Shown: positions 1-13,435, counted from the first letter of the whole stretch. The stretch is DNA of 58,019 nucleotides, filler included, from Sluysia triapertura (GCA_046118255.1; 4 parts of 4 records of this genome joined end to end with filler, not necessarily neighbours in it); one strand, 5' to 3'. Notes: generated from the letters alone by a model not told the origin. Translations and numbers: made by a program.

Positions 1-1231
1 TTATAATATTCGAATATTGATTTACTAAAATGTATTTAGTATTTATTATGGATTTTATGAAATGCGATATTTTGATTCGATTATATTTTATTAAATTATT
101 TCTTATTAAATTATAATTTAAACTTTTCAAAATTATTTATTTAATTTATTTTCACACTTACACCGAATTGCAAAATTATAACATTCGACGAGTTCGTGGT
201 AAATATTCACTCCAATGAAACATATTCAATTAAATCATTAAACAGAACGATTATCGTTATTCTTATTGATAAATATTTTGACAATTCCAGTTATATAAAC
301 TCTCTCATGACTTCTCACTTTGGCTTTGTTCTGCTCCTTTGGAACTTCTTTCCGTTATAAATTTGACCAATGACAAAGTGTCAATTCGTCGAATCGTAAA
401 GGTAATAAATTTTGATTCCTTGTTTTCCTGGTTTGTTTGATGTATAAGATTAGAAAGGAACACAACCACGAGTATTACATAGTTGATCGTCCACAATGAG
501 AAATTCAGAAATCGTACAACAGATTTTGATGTTATGAATGAAAAGTTCTCAAACTTGATTTATGCTAACTTCAAAGAAAAATTTAAATCTCAAATTGTGA
601 TAGAAAATATATGCTTGTTTCTGGGTTCAATGCCTCCTTGGTTAGCGCATTTTTCACGTTCATAATTCCTAAAGAGAAATTAGCACCAAAAAAATCTAAG
701 AATCGTGCTCCATAATTTGGAAGTTGGTGCTGAACACTATTCGATAAACAACTTCTTTTAAAATAAAAGGTTTTAGAGTTGGTTGAGGTGGTACAGCATG
801 TGACACAATTGACCCAGGTATTGCTCTTTCAATAACGGAGGACGAATTATCATTTGATGCAGATCTACTCTTGAATTAGAAACAGTTTCTCATTAAAAAC
901 TGTGGATAGTAAACATTTCATCTTCATTTTCATTGCGAGAGCTTCAACTAAGTTCATTGTTTTCATTTCAGTGATTTATTTGTTTAGATACTCTAAAATG
1001 TTTATTGAAGAATATTCTAAAACAGTCATAAAAATATGAAAAATGATCATTAAAATGTGAGATAAAAAATAAAATAAAAAAAATTATTAAAATAAATAAA
1101 ATTTTTTATTATAAAAATAAATAATTCATTTTAAAATTTATAATTTTTCAATTATTATTTTTCATGTTAAAATATTTTTTTTTGGAAATAAACGATACAC
1201 AGATGTTTAAATACCACATATGAATACTAAT

Positions 1232-2609
1232 TTACAGCTTCCATAAGGTCATAACAAATTCTACAAGTGTTTTAGAGTGACAGTGACTCTTTGGTTGTTT
1301 GTTGATATCTTTAATTTTTAATTTATTATCAAAGTAAATTTTATCTAAACTATTAAAACTAAGTTCTTTTATAACTTTACTTTTACAAATTTTATGAGAA
1401 AAAAATAGAAAAAGTTTAAGAAATATAAATTTATTATACATTAATATAACAAAGAATTTTAATTTTGATGTTTTTCTCGTACGCATGTCATGAAGTCTTT
1501 TCTTCGATTGAATTTCTAAATTAAAATAAAAGAATGAATTACAGTCGTTAAAAGGCAGGATCTCTTTATGTAGCATTGTGCTTCGTTTGAATCCATTCAG
1601 TTTCAGTTAGTTTATGAATTTTATCTCGATTATACGATATACTACTAGCTTTTTTATTTACTTCGATGATGTATAGATTTTCCTTCGTAAGATTGATTGT
1701 AGTTTTAACATAATTTTTGTCTAGAGATGAATTACTATAGGATTTATATAAACATTTCGTAAACACATCGACATTATTGTCGTACATATCGTCTTTGATT
1801 TGAATTGAAGGCTAAGTCTAAAATCGTCTAATTTCAGTAATTTATATAATACCAAATCATTAGTAGTGATGTCTAAAGTGATCTTAAAATGGTGATATAG
1901 AAATTCCAGGTCATGTGTTGGTGATATTGCATATTTAAACATTGATATAATCGTAACGATAGCTATCGGATTAAACAACTGTCCAAAATCTCATGTTTAA
2001 GAACAGACATACTGATTATCGGTACCATAACAGTATTTTTAAAATTGCAATTCGTCAAACTCCATTCCAAATTCTAACTTTAACAAATATGACGGGATGG
2101 ATTCCCAATAAGGGTAATCTTTACAAGTACTTGCCGATGATTGACTTTTTGAATGAATACCAAGACAACATTTGAAGAACATGAACCAACTTGAATCACT
2201 AACATCATAATATTAATCAGGCAATCATGCAGCTCCGGCTTATCTTTACTTTGTTGTAAAATCGAAACACATAGTAAATTAGGATCATCACCAGTTGTAG
2301 ATCCATGTTAGAAATCATCTGAAATATTTGTGGATTCTAAATCTAAAATTGATTATCGAAAAATCGACAGTGATCACAGTTGATTCTGCACTGATCAGTT
2401 GTATTAATTGTGTAAAAATCAGTTTGATCTTTAAAATTGGTGTAACAAGTATACGTAATAAATTGATTCATGAAATTGATTCTGACCACTTCTACTTGGA
2501 TAATTGCGCATGGAGTCTCTTTTGGTTTAATATTCGAAATAATTGATAGAATAAAAGAATCATACGATTTTATATACATTTTACGTAAACCATGCTTTTT
2601 TCTTAACAT
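1232..2609 (-). pseudogene. Fragmented intronless cargo ORF of cassette 1, unknown product
   Basis: Chain of minus-strand ORF pieces (2343-2609, 1721-1978, 1566-1787, 1232-1576) in shifting frames, starting 79 nt from hairpin 2; no recognisable domain. Confidence 0.45.
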
Positions 2610-3827
2610 TGTTAATAATTTTAAATGACTTTCTAAATTATAATTTTACTTTGAAAATTTTATGTACCTACTTGATGTGATTACTCCTCCAATCAGAAAG
2701 CGTAAAAATCCATGAACAGTACAACACTGATTGGACGACTAATATTAAAAATTAAAATTAGAGTAATTGAGTGATGAGCCACCATCAGTGCTGACATGGA
2801 TTTATAAACAGTAATCAACAATGTCAGTAATGGTGATGGTAGATACTGATTTGGATATTATGTAAAATTAATAAAGTTTAATATTAATAATAACAGTGAT
2901 GTTATTATTATTAATATTAAGTAAATACAAGGTATTTAAAAATACATAAATTCTTTCTAAATTTTACACGATCTTTCTTCACTTTTCTTTATATTTCTTG
3001 ACAGATTTTGAATCTAAAATTAAAAATGATTGAATTGAGTCTAATAACAATAATAATAAGAGAAACGATGTTATAGTTACTATTGTTATTAAACTGCATG
3101 AAATCTTGAATTCTTTAAAAACTGTACATGATCTTACTTGAAATCCTTTTAGTTTTCTAAACATATTCCAAAACTAAACATGTATTTAAAACTAAAGATC
3201 TTTAAGTAAAGGTTGGTTTAAGTGATTTTACATATATAATTGTCGTTTCAAGATAGCAGTTCTTATGTTATTCAGTAAAATGTAGAACGTTAGAATGAAT
3301 TTTTAGATTGTGATTAATGTTTTTGACTGAAAGTAATATTTGAATATTGGAAGATTGTGACCAAAAGATACATTGAGAAGAGTGTGGTTTAGTGGATGTG
3401 AAAAAGATAAATTATAGTCCAACTCTTATTATGTTCGAAAGGTGATTGTACAATGTTGCTAATGTGATTTGTTCTCTTTCTATTTTTAAGTGGTATAGTC
3501 TTTTGTGCTTTCGGGGATTATATGATGACAAATATTGAATTTAAAATGTTGTAATTGATTCGAAGGTGTCGAGTGGATACTTTCGAATGTGGTTGTAGTT
3601 TGATGGTTATGAATGTCGAGTAAAATTTTTTGATGAATCTATTGATGTAAATTGATGGTATTGGATGTAAATGTAGTTTGTATATTATGAGATTGTGGAT
3701 ATGAATTGACTTTGGCATGTAAACTGTTGTGGTGAGTGTAGAGAAGGTAAATATGTGAATGTTAAAATGTTAAAGGATTTTTATAAAATTTAATAATAGT
3801 GAAGGTTGACCACCACAGACTCCATAC
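1232..3827 (-). mobile_element. Double-hairpin cargo cassette, copy 1 (complete module plus decayed cargo ORF)
   Basis: Terminal motif GTGAAGGTTGACCACCACAGACTCCATAC 3799-3827; G/T-rich (+) body about 2980-3790, homologous to 52950-53610 and (reverse) 32300-32840; motif B 2941-2980; hairpin 1 2779-2797/2821-2840; hairpin 2 TCCAATCAG 2688-2696 / CTGATTGGA 2727-2735; cargo ATG at 2609. Confidence 0.7.
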
Positions 3828-4379
3828 TCGAATTAGAGTTAACTATATTTAAAATTTTATAATTCACCGTAAATTATCATTACATATTTATTATCTTGGC
3901 CTGGTTACACGACTAAATAGTAGATTGATTGTCGTACAATTTGAAGAGATATACGTTTCACTGTTTACCTAAATAATTTTAAATTTCATACATATTATAT
4001 AATGTTTATTTATCATTTTCTTTAAAATAAATAAATAATAAATGATAAACATCTCTTTTAATAATTGTCTTAGACAACCAAAAATAAAAAGTGTCTTCGT
4101 ATTTTTTACAAATTGTTTTACTTATCGAAATAAATATTGATAAATTTAATTGATTTAGACAATTCATTGTGAATCTACAAAGTTTATAAAATTGAATTTC
4201 GAATCGAATTACTTACACTGTTATTGGAATTATACTTCTGTATATCTCCAAATATCTGTATTAACAACAGACGGAGTTCAGCATAAATCCAATTTTCAAA
4301 ATGCACAAATAAATAAATTAAATAATTTAAGTAAGACATATTTATTTAATTTTTATATAATTATTGAAAGGAATGATCA

Positions 4380-4380
<1 letters not shown>

Positions 4381-4435
<55 letters not shown>

Positions 4436-4470
4436 GATTATTATTATTATTGTTGTTATTGTTGTTGTTA
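4381..4470. repeat. (TTA)n/(TTG)n microsatellite
   Basis: Direct reading. Similar tracts at about 5380-5420, 10600-10645, 13795-13865, 16882-16948, 18343-18400, 29772-29815, 38565-38612. Confidence 0.95.
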
Positions 4471-5373
4471 GACTTCATAAAATGGAAATCAAAATGGGCA
4501 CCTCTCGCTTCACAGTGGTGTAGTTCGATATTTATGCTAGATATTATGCTAGAATAATATGTATGCTAGATATTATTCACATACTGTTTAATAATTTTAT
4601 TCATCATATTTAAATAACCTTTAAGTCTTAAAATCAGATTATTACTAATATAAATCATGTTTTGAAAATTGAACTTATACTTGTCAACAAGCATCTAAAG
4701 TATACGTTAAAATGATCATTACTTACTTTGTGATGAAGATTCTCAACTGCACGAGCATTTACTTTGATAAATTTCTTTATAATAGAATCTTAACTGAATT
4801 TTTATTAAATGAGCAATATCGAATTTCTAAGTGATACCTGTTAGTGTTTATTCTATCGTTATCTCATTCAAAATATTCTTAACTTACAATTTCACAATAT
4901 TAGAATCACAAATTACACATTAAATTATCACAGAAAACTTCAAAATTAATCCAAAACATTCAATTTCACAATCCTTTAACATTCAATCAGTAACGCCAAC
5001 GAAAGATATTAAATTCATTTGTCAAAACCATTTTTTAACATTCCTATCTCAAAAAAGAAATTCAAAAACTAATTTTTTTAAAGAACTTTAACAGAATTGT
5101 ATTAAGAAAATTTCATTGTTAAAAGAACAAAATTAGGTAAAGAAAGAAAGATTTAAATTGCAAGAAACAGAATAAAGTTTATGTGAAATTTTCAGTTTTA
5201 TTATTGTAATTATTATTTGATTTCGTTTATTTATATGTTGAGAAACGAAAGAACTAAATAAAAGAAAAGATCGTGTTATGAAGCATTAAAGTTTATGCAT
5301 TTAATTTTAATACAGTATATTTTATATAATTTCATTATTATTATCATTTATTAATATTTTATCACTTATTTTC

Positions 5374-5422
<49 letters not shown>

Positions 5423-5908
5423 TTATTTAACATTCAATTAAGACCAGCGTTATAAACTACAATATAATTATTACATTCTGTTACCAATCGACAGTAATCC
5501 AATTAAATTAATTGAGTATTTCGTATGAACTGTCGATTGATGACAGCTTTCAGGCGTGTGGTGTCATTTTGGCTTGTCACTATTCTCTAAATCAATTCTT
5601 TTTATCAGCATGGTAACACGCATACATGCTTACAACCTTATCTACGTTAATTGATTTGGCGTCCAATCAAGTCTATCTCTACATTGTAATTTTACTTATT
5701 GGGATTGGACGTCCAATCAACAATGATATCATAATATGGTTAATTAAAAATTAACAGATTTTAATGAAATTCTATTGGTTATTCTATTTATAACATTTTG
5801 TTAAATAAAGTGAAAAGCAACTGTCTTTATTATTAGTTTTAAAAATAACTTCTTTATATAAAAATTATAAAACCTTAATTTTAGTGTTTTGGCAATGATT
5901 TTTCGAAT

Positions 5909-6599
5909 ATGGCATTAATATTTCATTTGTTGAGTGTTGAAAACTTAAAAGGAAGATGTGACAAATTCATGAAAATTAATTTCAGTGACTTTGAAAATGC
6001 GAGATCATAATAGAATTGAATTTAATGAACAAATTGAATGGTCTATTGAACGAAAATTAGATGAATTTGATATTATAGAAATGAGGTTATATCAATATTG
6101 TAAATATATAAATAATAAAATGATTGGAAGTATTACTATTAGTTTACCAAAGCTAATAGTAGAACGCACAATTGTCTGTCACGAAAATCTCGCTGATTCA
6201 AATCATTCGGTCATTAAGATAACAACATCATTTGAAATTAAATATTATTCTCCATATAGTCAGGTTGGATACTTACTTACACAAGATTTTGATCAACCAA
6301 TAATAGATAATGATGATAATTGTATTTTAATTAGAGGTAAAGATGAAGTAGCACTAGCTGTTAATTACGCAGAGGAAGAAGATAATGGATCCATGTTATC
6401 AGCTGATAATCAAGACAAGTCTATTTTAATTGTAAATTTAAATTCGACAAGAAAAATGCTAAAATTATTAGTGATGGAACAACTGAGTATGTGGAGTGTT
6501 GGTAATAAATTTATTTTGACAAATAATTCGAGAACCGTTGGCAATGTGCCGAAAATAAAATTATGTTTGAAAGGATTGCCGTTTCATTTTACCGACTAA
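5909..6599 (+). pseudogene. OTOF: Intronless, frameshifted otoferlin/ferlin C2A-domain fragment fused to unrelated sequence
   Basis: ATG 5909 gives MALIFHLLSVENLKGRCDKFMKINFS; after a frameshift near 5990 it continues EFNEQIEWSIERKLDEFDIIEMRLYQYCKYINNKMIGSITISLPKLIVE...ENLADSNHSVIKITTSFEIKYYSPYSQVGY. This follows the otoferlin N-terminus ([26 protein letters not shown]...FDETFRW...LEIQVFNYSKVFSNKLIG...). The rest of ferlin is absent. Confidence 0.8.
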
Positions 6600-6768
6600 A
6601 ATTAGTATCATATATTTTTCAACAAGTATTTCCCGCCACATTGAGAAAACTTACATGAATATGATTAGTAATACAGGACAAAGATTTAGTTCGATTTTTT
6701 AAAAATATTTTAGGAATTCGTTAAAAACTATATCAATAAACAAATTCATCTCAAATCAAGAAAATTTT

Positions 6769-7164
6769 ATGCAATCAGATCATTACTATGCCCATTCCAG
6801 TCCAACGAGTCGGGGCGATGCGTCAAATCTGGATTCTCATGCAAGTACTACCACACTGTTGATCAAATTAATTATATTGGCACCAACATATTTGCAACGT
6901 ATACAAAATATTATAAAAACTATCCTTGATGTCGCCAAAATAAACAATCCAATATATAAGGAGAATCACAATGAAGTTGGCAATAAGACTCGATTCATTA
7001 AATGCTTGAATGGCATCAATTCTAAACTAATCATAATTTTTAATATTCAACTATTACTAAAATTTTATTTTTTTATTCGAGGAAGCAACGACGTGTTAGC
7101 ATTTCGCCCAATATTTCTAACTTTAGTACAATTTTTAGTTTTGATAAAAATAAATACATTTTAA
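6769..7164 (+). CDS. Hypothetical ORF, probable 3' part of the cassette 2 cargo
   Basis: 131-aa ATG ORF on the same strand downstream of the ferlin fragment; no recognised domain. Confidence 0.3.
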   Translation: MQSDHYYAHSSPTSRGDASNLDSHASTTTLLIKLIILAPTYLQRIQNIIKTILDVAKINNPIYKENHNEVGNKTRFIKCLNGINSKLIIIFNIQLLLKFYFFIRGSNDVLAFRPIFLTLVQFLVLIKINTF

Positions 7165-7399
7165 CATTTGTATCTTTTAATGTTGTAATTTTAAAGTTAT
7201 ATAATGAAATTGAATTTAAATTATTTATTTTTACAAGAAAGTTTACAAATTCAATATAAACAAATCAACTAAACCTTACACAACTCAAATTGACAATAAG
7301 AATACATAAGTTTTCACTACATAATTTCATTGAGCAGAATTATTAAAACCTATTCAAGTTTTGTCCTGCTTCTATATCCAACAGCTATCCCTAACTAGT

Positions 7400-9208
7400 A
7401 ACAGTAGATACGTTGGTGAACTCACATTTAATTTAAATTTATTCTGCCCAAAATCTCTAAACTTTTCTCACGATAATATTAAAAAGATAAAATGAAACCA
7501 AAATATCTTAGTAATTTGATAAAATTACTCAAAGTATTACAATGATTTATGATAGATTTAAGATAAAAACAGAGTTCTTTTTAGCTGAAGAGTATTAAGA
7601 CATTAGATTTTCTTTGGATCTTAGAAATATTACATTATTTTAAATCTTGCTCATTTTGTAATAAAATGTTTAAAATATTACATTCAAATGGTTGTGTAAA
7701 AGTCGTAGATCTAGTTGAAATAGGATTCAATAGAAATTTTAGCAAATGGTCACTAGTGAAATATGAATATAGCAAAACATTACAGACGTTTTGTGAAAAT
7801 TGGTGAAATAGGCTATAAAATGTTTTACTTAACACTAAAATTTCATAAGTTAACATACGAAATTGGCAGACATAAATTTCAAATTTAGGTTTAAAGAAAT
7901 GGATTAAAGATTGGTCTAAAATTATTACGTCATTATTATAAAAGTTGTGGTTTAAAAACTCTAAAATGGTGACCATTAATGCAAATTTTTTACAAGTTTG
8001 CAAAATATTATTTTTTTTAATAATTTAAATACGAAATTACGCATTTCTTTAACATAAACATGGATCTTAAGGACCTTTACTTTATTAAAAATAAACTCAT
8101 AAACAAAACGATGAATTTCAACTGATTTATTACATGGCACAATAAATTTGATTATAAAAATTTTAGAATAAAAATCACAAATATAAACATATAAAATTTT
8201 ACGTATAATAAATGAAAAACTTACAGTTAAGATTGCTCCAACATCATAGATTTATTTGAGATTACACCAACGAGTAAAAATTTCAAGTTGGTATCATGCA
8301 TGACTTGATATTCCATATTTATGAATTTTTGATCATATTCTGTGAATAGGTCGAATAAACTATGAAAAATGATCTTTGCATATATTGTGTTATAGAAAAA
8401 ATTTCAGCAAAATCCAAACTAATTTTATGAAAGTTATATTCTGTGCGAATTTTAACATGGTTAAAATTAAATTCGATTCTGATTAATTTAGTTTTAATTT
8501 GAGGCAATAAATTAGGTTCAGTACAACTATTAATAGCTTTGAAATTAACATTAGCTTGTCGGTTCAAATTGTCATCAGAGTCTTTACACACATGTTGGTA
8601 TATGAACTTATTAAACGAATTTTGAGCGTAATATGAATCCGCGGGCATATTGTCAAAATGATTAATTAATGATCTATTACAATCTTGTTCCATATTTGAA
8701 GTAGTTTTAGAATTGTACTTCGAAAAAATTAGGCAGCCATTATCACCATTTTCAGAATCTATTTTTACTTATTGATTAAAAATTTTTCTTAAATAATATT
8801 AAAACATTAAATTTTTATTAAAATTATTATTTTAAATATTATCTTTTTGATTGGTATCAATGACAAATAATTTGATTGTTTTACTCTGAGTAGATGGCAA
8901 AAATTGCGATTTTTATCAATATGCATATCCAGAAAGTAATTACGGAAATTAATACAAAATGTGTTATGATTTTGATACGACATAGTTTCTGGTTGAATTA
9001 TGGACTTATAACTCATTGGATTATCTTCTAGTTGTATGTAAACTGATTTTTGACTGTCATTTTCGTTTCGAAAAGACTGATTATTTTTATTCCAATATTT
9101 TATTCTTGATTCTAGTGAAGGACACACCTTAACTGGCAAATGAACTCGAATTTTGTGATCCCTTAAATAATCGAATATACTTTGATTTTCCTTTCTCGAA
9201 GTCATCAT
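7400..9208 (-). pseudogene. Decayed multi-exon gene, weak SAC3/GANP-domain resemblance
   Basis: Minus-strand ORF pieces 8807-9208, 8319-8693 and 7635-8003 separated by short AT-rich intron-like gaps (GTAAG at about 8225, GTAAT at about 8040) and in-frame stops. The peptide HRFVYEFIFNKVKVLK near 8060-8115 recalls the SAC3 'YxFIxDRxRAI' helix. Family call is tentative. Confidence 0.3.
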
Positions 9209-10689
9209 ACGATCGATTTTCTTTTTGTCACAGATAAAATATTTTGAAAAAAACTAAGTGCTGAATTTGGTGCAGTTCCTGAGATAGTTATTACAATTAA
9301 TCAACAATTACTATATTCAAATGTTTTGAGAAAAAGTGAAAAAGTAAGGATAAGAGGTATTTCAGTGTTTTTAAAAGAAGTGTGCTATTTAAGAATTTAT
9401 GTTATGATATAGAACTTTATGTATTGTGCTGATTGCATTTAATGTATTTGATTGATTATTTACTTAATGTTTAACAATTGTTTAAGTGATTAATTTCTGA
9501 TTTAACTTTGAATTATTAGGTGAACCATCATAATTAAATTATTCCAAGTGCCTTTGAGTGCTTATTTTATATTACAACCATTATTATTCTCATTTTTATA
9601 TTTTTCATTATCATTATTATATTAAAACAATATTTTCTTCTATTTTATTCAGGTATTACAGAATGGATCTATAAAATATTAATAATTCTAATAATAATTA
9701 TGATTTTCTTATTTGGTGCTGCTAAATGTATTATCATAATAGTGAAACGGTTTGTTTAATGATAATAAATAAACATTATTAATAATCAGAGAAACAATAA
9801 AATGAAAAACATTAAAAAATTGATTTTCTTACACTTAATTAAAATTGTTTAAATTGTTTGTTTTTTAAACATTCTACACTTGATATAATAGATGCGCAAT
9901 AACTGCAGAAAATGAAAAACATTTCTTCAAGATCGAATATTTATCATCAAATGAAAGTACAACTAGTGTGATAAGGAAATTATTAATTAATTTTAATTTA
10001 ATTTTTATTAGTATGGCAATAATGCAAATGGTTTGTTAATTTTGAAATGATAAATTAATAATAATTTGTTTATTAATGTATTAAATGTTATTTTACATTA
10101 TGATTATTATTATTATTTTACTTTTATTTTAGCTTTATTATCATTATAAATTGAATAATATATAAAAATAATAATAATTGTACTAATTTGTACGAGCTGT
10201 TACTGTGTTTTCTAAGTTTGGTGACGCTAAAATTTAAAATAATTAGAGAAAACTTTTATTATGGAAAATGTTTGAAGAATTATAATAAAATTAATCATTC
10301 AGCACCTCCAAAGAATTCCAGTACGAGCACAGTTATTTTATTTTTAATACTCGTGGTCATAATTTGTGTAGTATTTAGCATTATTAAAAATAAGAGTAAA
10401 ATTAGAGAGATTTGGAACAAGTCCAAATTGATAAATTTCTTAATTATAAAATAATATATTTTTTCAATATTAAATTTCACATTAAAATAATTTTTTATTA
10501 ATTATAGTTATAGAACACGAAATTCTGAATGCAGAACAAATCGTAAACACAAAATTCACAAGTTATTATTTTGATTTTATGATGATTATGATGACGATAT
10601 TAATAATAATAATAATAACAATAATAATAATAATAATAATAATTATCATTATTATCATTATTTTAATTGCATTATCACATTTATTACCA

Positions 10690-11415
10690 TTTAACATTTT
10701 ACTTTTTCAGAATATATCAAAACCTTTTTTATATTTCAAAATATTTTAAATTCATAACTTTATAACATCCAAATCATATTTACATTCAAAATATTAAAGT
10801 CCATTTCAAATCTCATTTAAAACATTCTTATCTCACAATTCTACAACATTTGTGCCACAGTTTACATCTTAAATTATCATAGAAAACTTCAAAATTAATC
10901 CAAAACATTCAATTTCACAATCATTTAACATTTAATCAGTAACTCCGACGAAAAACATTAAATTTACAGCTCAAACCTTTTTTTAACATTATTATCACAA
11001 AAAGAACTTCTTAAATTAATTTTTTCCAAAGAACTTCAAAGAATTTTATTTACATATTAAGAAAATTTTAATTTTTAAAAGAATCAAGGTCATGTGAATA
11101 AAGCAAGGAATTCATGAATTTTAATTATATCTATTTTATTTTATTATAATTATTATTCTTGTTTATTTATTATCATTTTTATTATAATTATCATCAATAA
11201 TTATTTGCACTATATATTTTATTCACAATACAAATCACATTTCTGGTTACTACCGCTGCTTGCACTGTCAGTAATGACAGTTTTTCAGTTGATTCATATC
11301 ACCTACTGATATTAACAACAGTTGCTTTATATGTTGTCCTACTTCTCGTTATATCTGTTGTCAGTGTTCAATAATTAATACAACTAACTTCAATCAATAA
11401 GCTACTGCTGTTAAT
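10690..11415 (+). mobile_element. Cassette copy 3: body plus degenerate hairpins, no cargo of its own
   Basis: 10820-11080 aligns with 4870-5130 (e.g. AAATTATCA.AGAAAACTTCAAAATTAATCCAAAACATTCAATTTCACAATC); motif B variant 11081-11125; ATT-rich tract; CTGTCA-GTAA-TGACAG palindrome 11265-11280; no CCAAT hairpin. Confidence 0.6.
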
Positions 11416-11449
11416 ATTTTATTATAAAAGTGACTTTGTACAATGTTGT

Positions 11450-13342
11450 TTAGTCATCTTCATTCTGCTTTATTATTATTATTATTATTATTATTGTGGG
11501 GGGTTGTGATGTTATTTGAATTTGTTGGCTATTATGTTTTAGAATTATAAAAGATTTTAAGGGCGTTAATTTATCCATAAAATAAAATTGCTGAAAAAGT
11601 TTGAATTTAAGAACATAGTATTCATCTATAAAGTAAATAGAATGCGGTAAATTAAACGTTGTAGTATTGCGTCGGTAAGGTTTTATGGACTTCAAAACAG
11701 CGTAAAATTCAACTTTAACTGACTCTGGTGTTGTATGGCAGACTATTTCATTGTCTGAGAGTTCAGTTCGAATTTTATAATTGTGATGTTCAGGTTTTCG
11801 TATTTTGTTATGATTAATTTCTTGAGCAGTCGCATTGGACTTTCGATTATAATATAACTTAGTATCTTTGTCCGTTTTACCGATGTTTAATTTATAGTCT
11901 AGAAGTATTTTTTTATTATTCGGTTTTATCTTAACGTAAATAACAACTAAATAAGAAGGTTGAAAATATTTAAGAACATAATTTATTAAAAATTTTAATT
12001 TATTTATATTGATCAAAGCGATGAACATTTTTGGTGGTAAACGCCGCTCTCGTCCGTGCCGGGATCCATCTTCGTTACAGCATGATAGAATAATCCTGTA
12101 ATAAATTATACAAGTATAATAATTATAAGGAGAATAGCAAATAAAATTTAATGTTAGATATTTACCTAGGCCATCTGCAAATTGATTTGAAACAAACATA
12201 TTTCCTCCGTCCAAGTTACCGTTGTTGAATTGGCTTCGTAGTAATTTCTTGGGAAAATTAGATTTATTTGTATAGGATTTATTTATCGATGTAAATTTCG
12301 AAATTATATTTTTACCACTACGGGAATCCCAATTTTCGTCATAGCTTTTAACAGCTTCGGAGATGAGCAATTGATCTAAGTAGAATTCAACTTCTGAATC
12401 CTTCAACCTTTCTAACTTAACAATCTTTCTTCTTACTTTTGTACTGAATAACGGTAATAACGTATTGGTAATAGCTTTCAGTAAATTTGTTGAATGAACA
12501 TTAAATACACTTTTCAAATTTTGCTTGATATCTCTATCAATTTCTCTATAGGAAACTTTAATTCTTATAACTTGGGAAGAATTGGCATAGACGTCTATAT
12601 TGTTGTTTTGACTCTCATGGTTAAATGCTAGCACATTTTGAATGCTTAATGTATTGAGATTTGCTATATTTCTACATGTTAAACGATCTTTGAGCACAAA
12701 TTCAATAATTGAATAATTATATATGTTATCGATTAATCTATCGAGTATACATGGCGTACTAATTAGAAAATTGAGCATCTTTTCACCACACTGAAGAGAG
12801 GGCATTTTGGTTACTTTTGGCACAAGGCTGCGTGTTACTGAATTTATGACATCATTGTTTGGGCAACGCATAGATTTGGTCTGATCAGAACCATCAAAGT
12901 TGTCATTACTATTTACAAGCGAAGTAGGTGACCTGAGAAAAGGATTAAACAATATTTTCAAATATTTATAATCTTCAGCTTGACAAAATGCTTCATAAAC
13001 ATTACTGACAATTGAGGAAAGAATTACTGATATAATATGTTGAAACCCAAAGTATGTTACTCCGTTAACTTGTGGTTTGGGTGTTTCAGCTAAAATTTAA
13101 AGTGTTGCTGTCAAGTTTTCATCATTGAGCAAAATTTCTAATAACGATTCATTAGATGTATGGACTTTCAGGATTTGATGGAAGCCATAAATGCTTGTTG
13201 TTAACTCACGTATTATTTGATAAACTTGGCGATAATCTAAAATCATTGAAAAACTTTCATCATTTGTACATGGAAAAAATGTTATTAAAATCTTCGATTC
13301 TGTTGATAAAACTGGCATTGATTTATAAATCCCATCAGACAT
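11450..13342 (-). CDS. About 630-codon intronless cargo ORF of cassette 4 with one in-frame TAA
   Basis: ORFs 13097-13342 and 11450-12961 are in the same frame; the intervening codons (ILAETPKPQVNGVTYFGFQHIISVILSSIVSNVYEAFCQAEDYKY) are open, so TAA 13097-13099 is the only lesion. No recognised domain. Confidence 0.6.
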
Positions 13343-13435
13343 TTCAATTGATAATTTAATAGGTGATTTTTATTAACAATTATAATTGTATTGTCTAGTT
13401 TTTTGTGTATACTAACTTGAGATGAGCAAATTGTG

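Larger units (their letters stand above)
4580..7164 (+). mobile_element. Double-hairpin cargo cassette, copy 2 (otoferlin-fragment cargo)
   Basis: C/A-rich body 4870-5130, clearly alignable to 10820-11080; motif B AAAGAAAAGATCGTGT...GTTTATGCATTT 5261-5302; (ATT)n; hairpin 1 CAATCGACAGT 5485-5495 / ACTGTCGATTG 5529-5539; hairpin 2 CGTCCAATC 5660-5668 / GATTGGACG 5703-5711; cargo ATG 5909. The left boundary is approximate. Confidence 0.7.

Noticed and set aside
300-970. Coding-like, relatively GC-richer stretch on the minus strand
   Set aside because: All frames are interrupted and no domain is recognised; possibly a pseudogene, but not supportable.
4192-4437. Poly-Leu ORF and other short Ile/Leu/Asn-rich ORFs
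   Set aside because: Translations of (TTA)n microsatellites or AT-rich noise; antisense ORFs such as 40498-40887, 49383-49646 and 26015-26239 are shadows of real frames.
9250-10200. Possible additional cassette module upstream of the 9208 ORF
   Set aside because: G/T-rich, but no convincing CCAAT hairpin, hairpin 1 or terminal motif, and the adjacent gene appears to have introns.
12960-13090. FYRC-like motif (VNGVTYFGFQH...C..Y)
   Set aside because: Only a few residues match, spacing is off and there is no FYRN partner.
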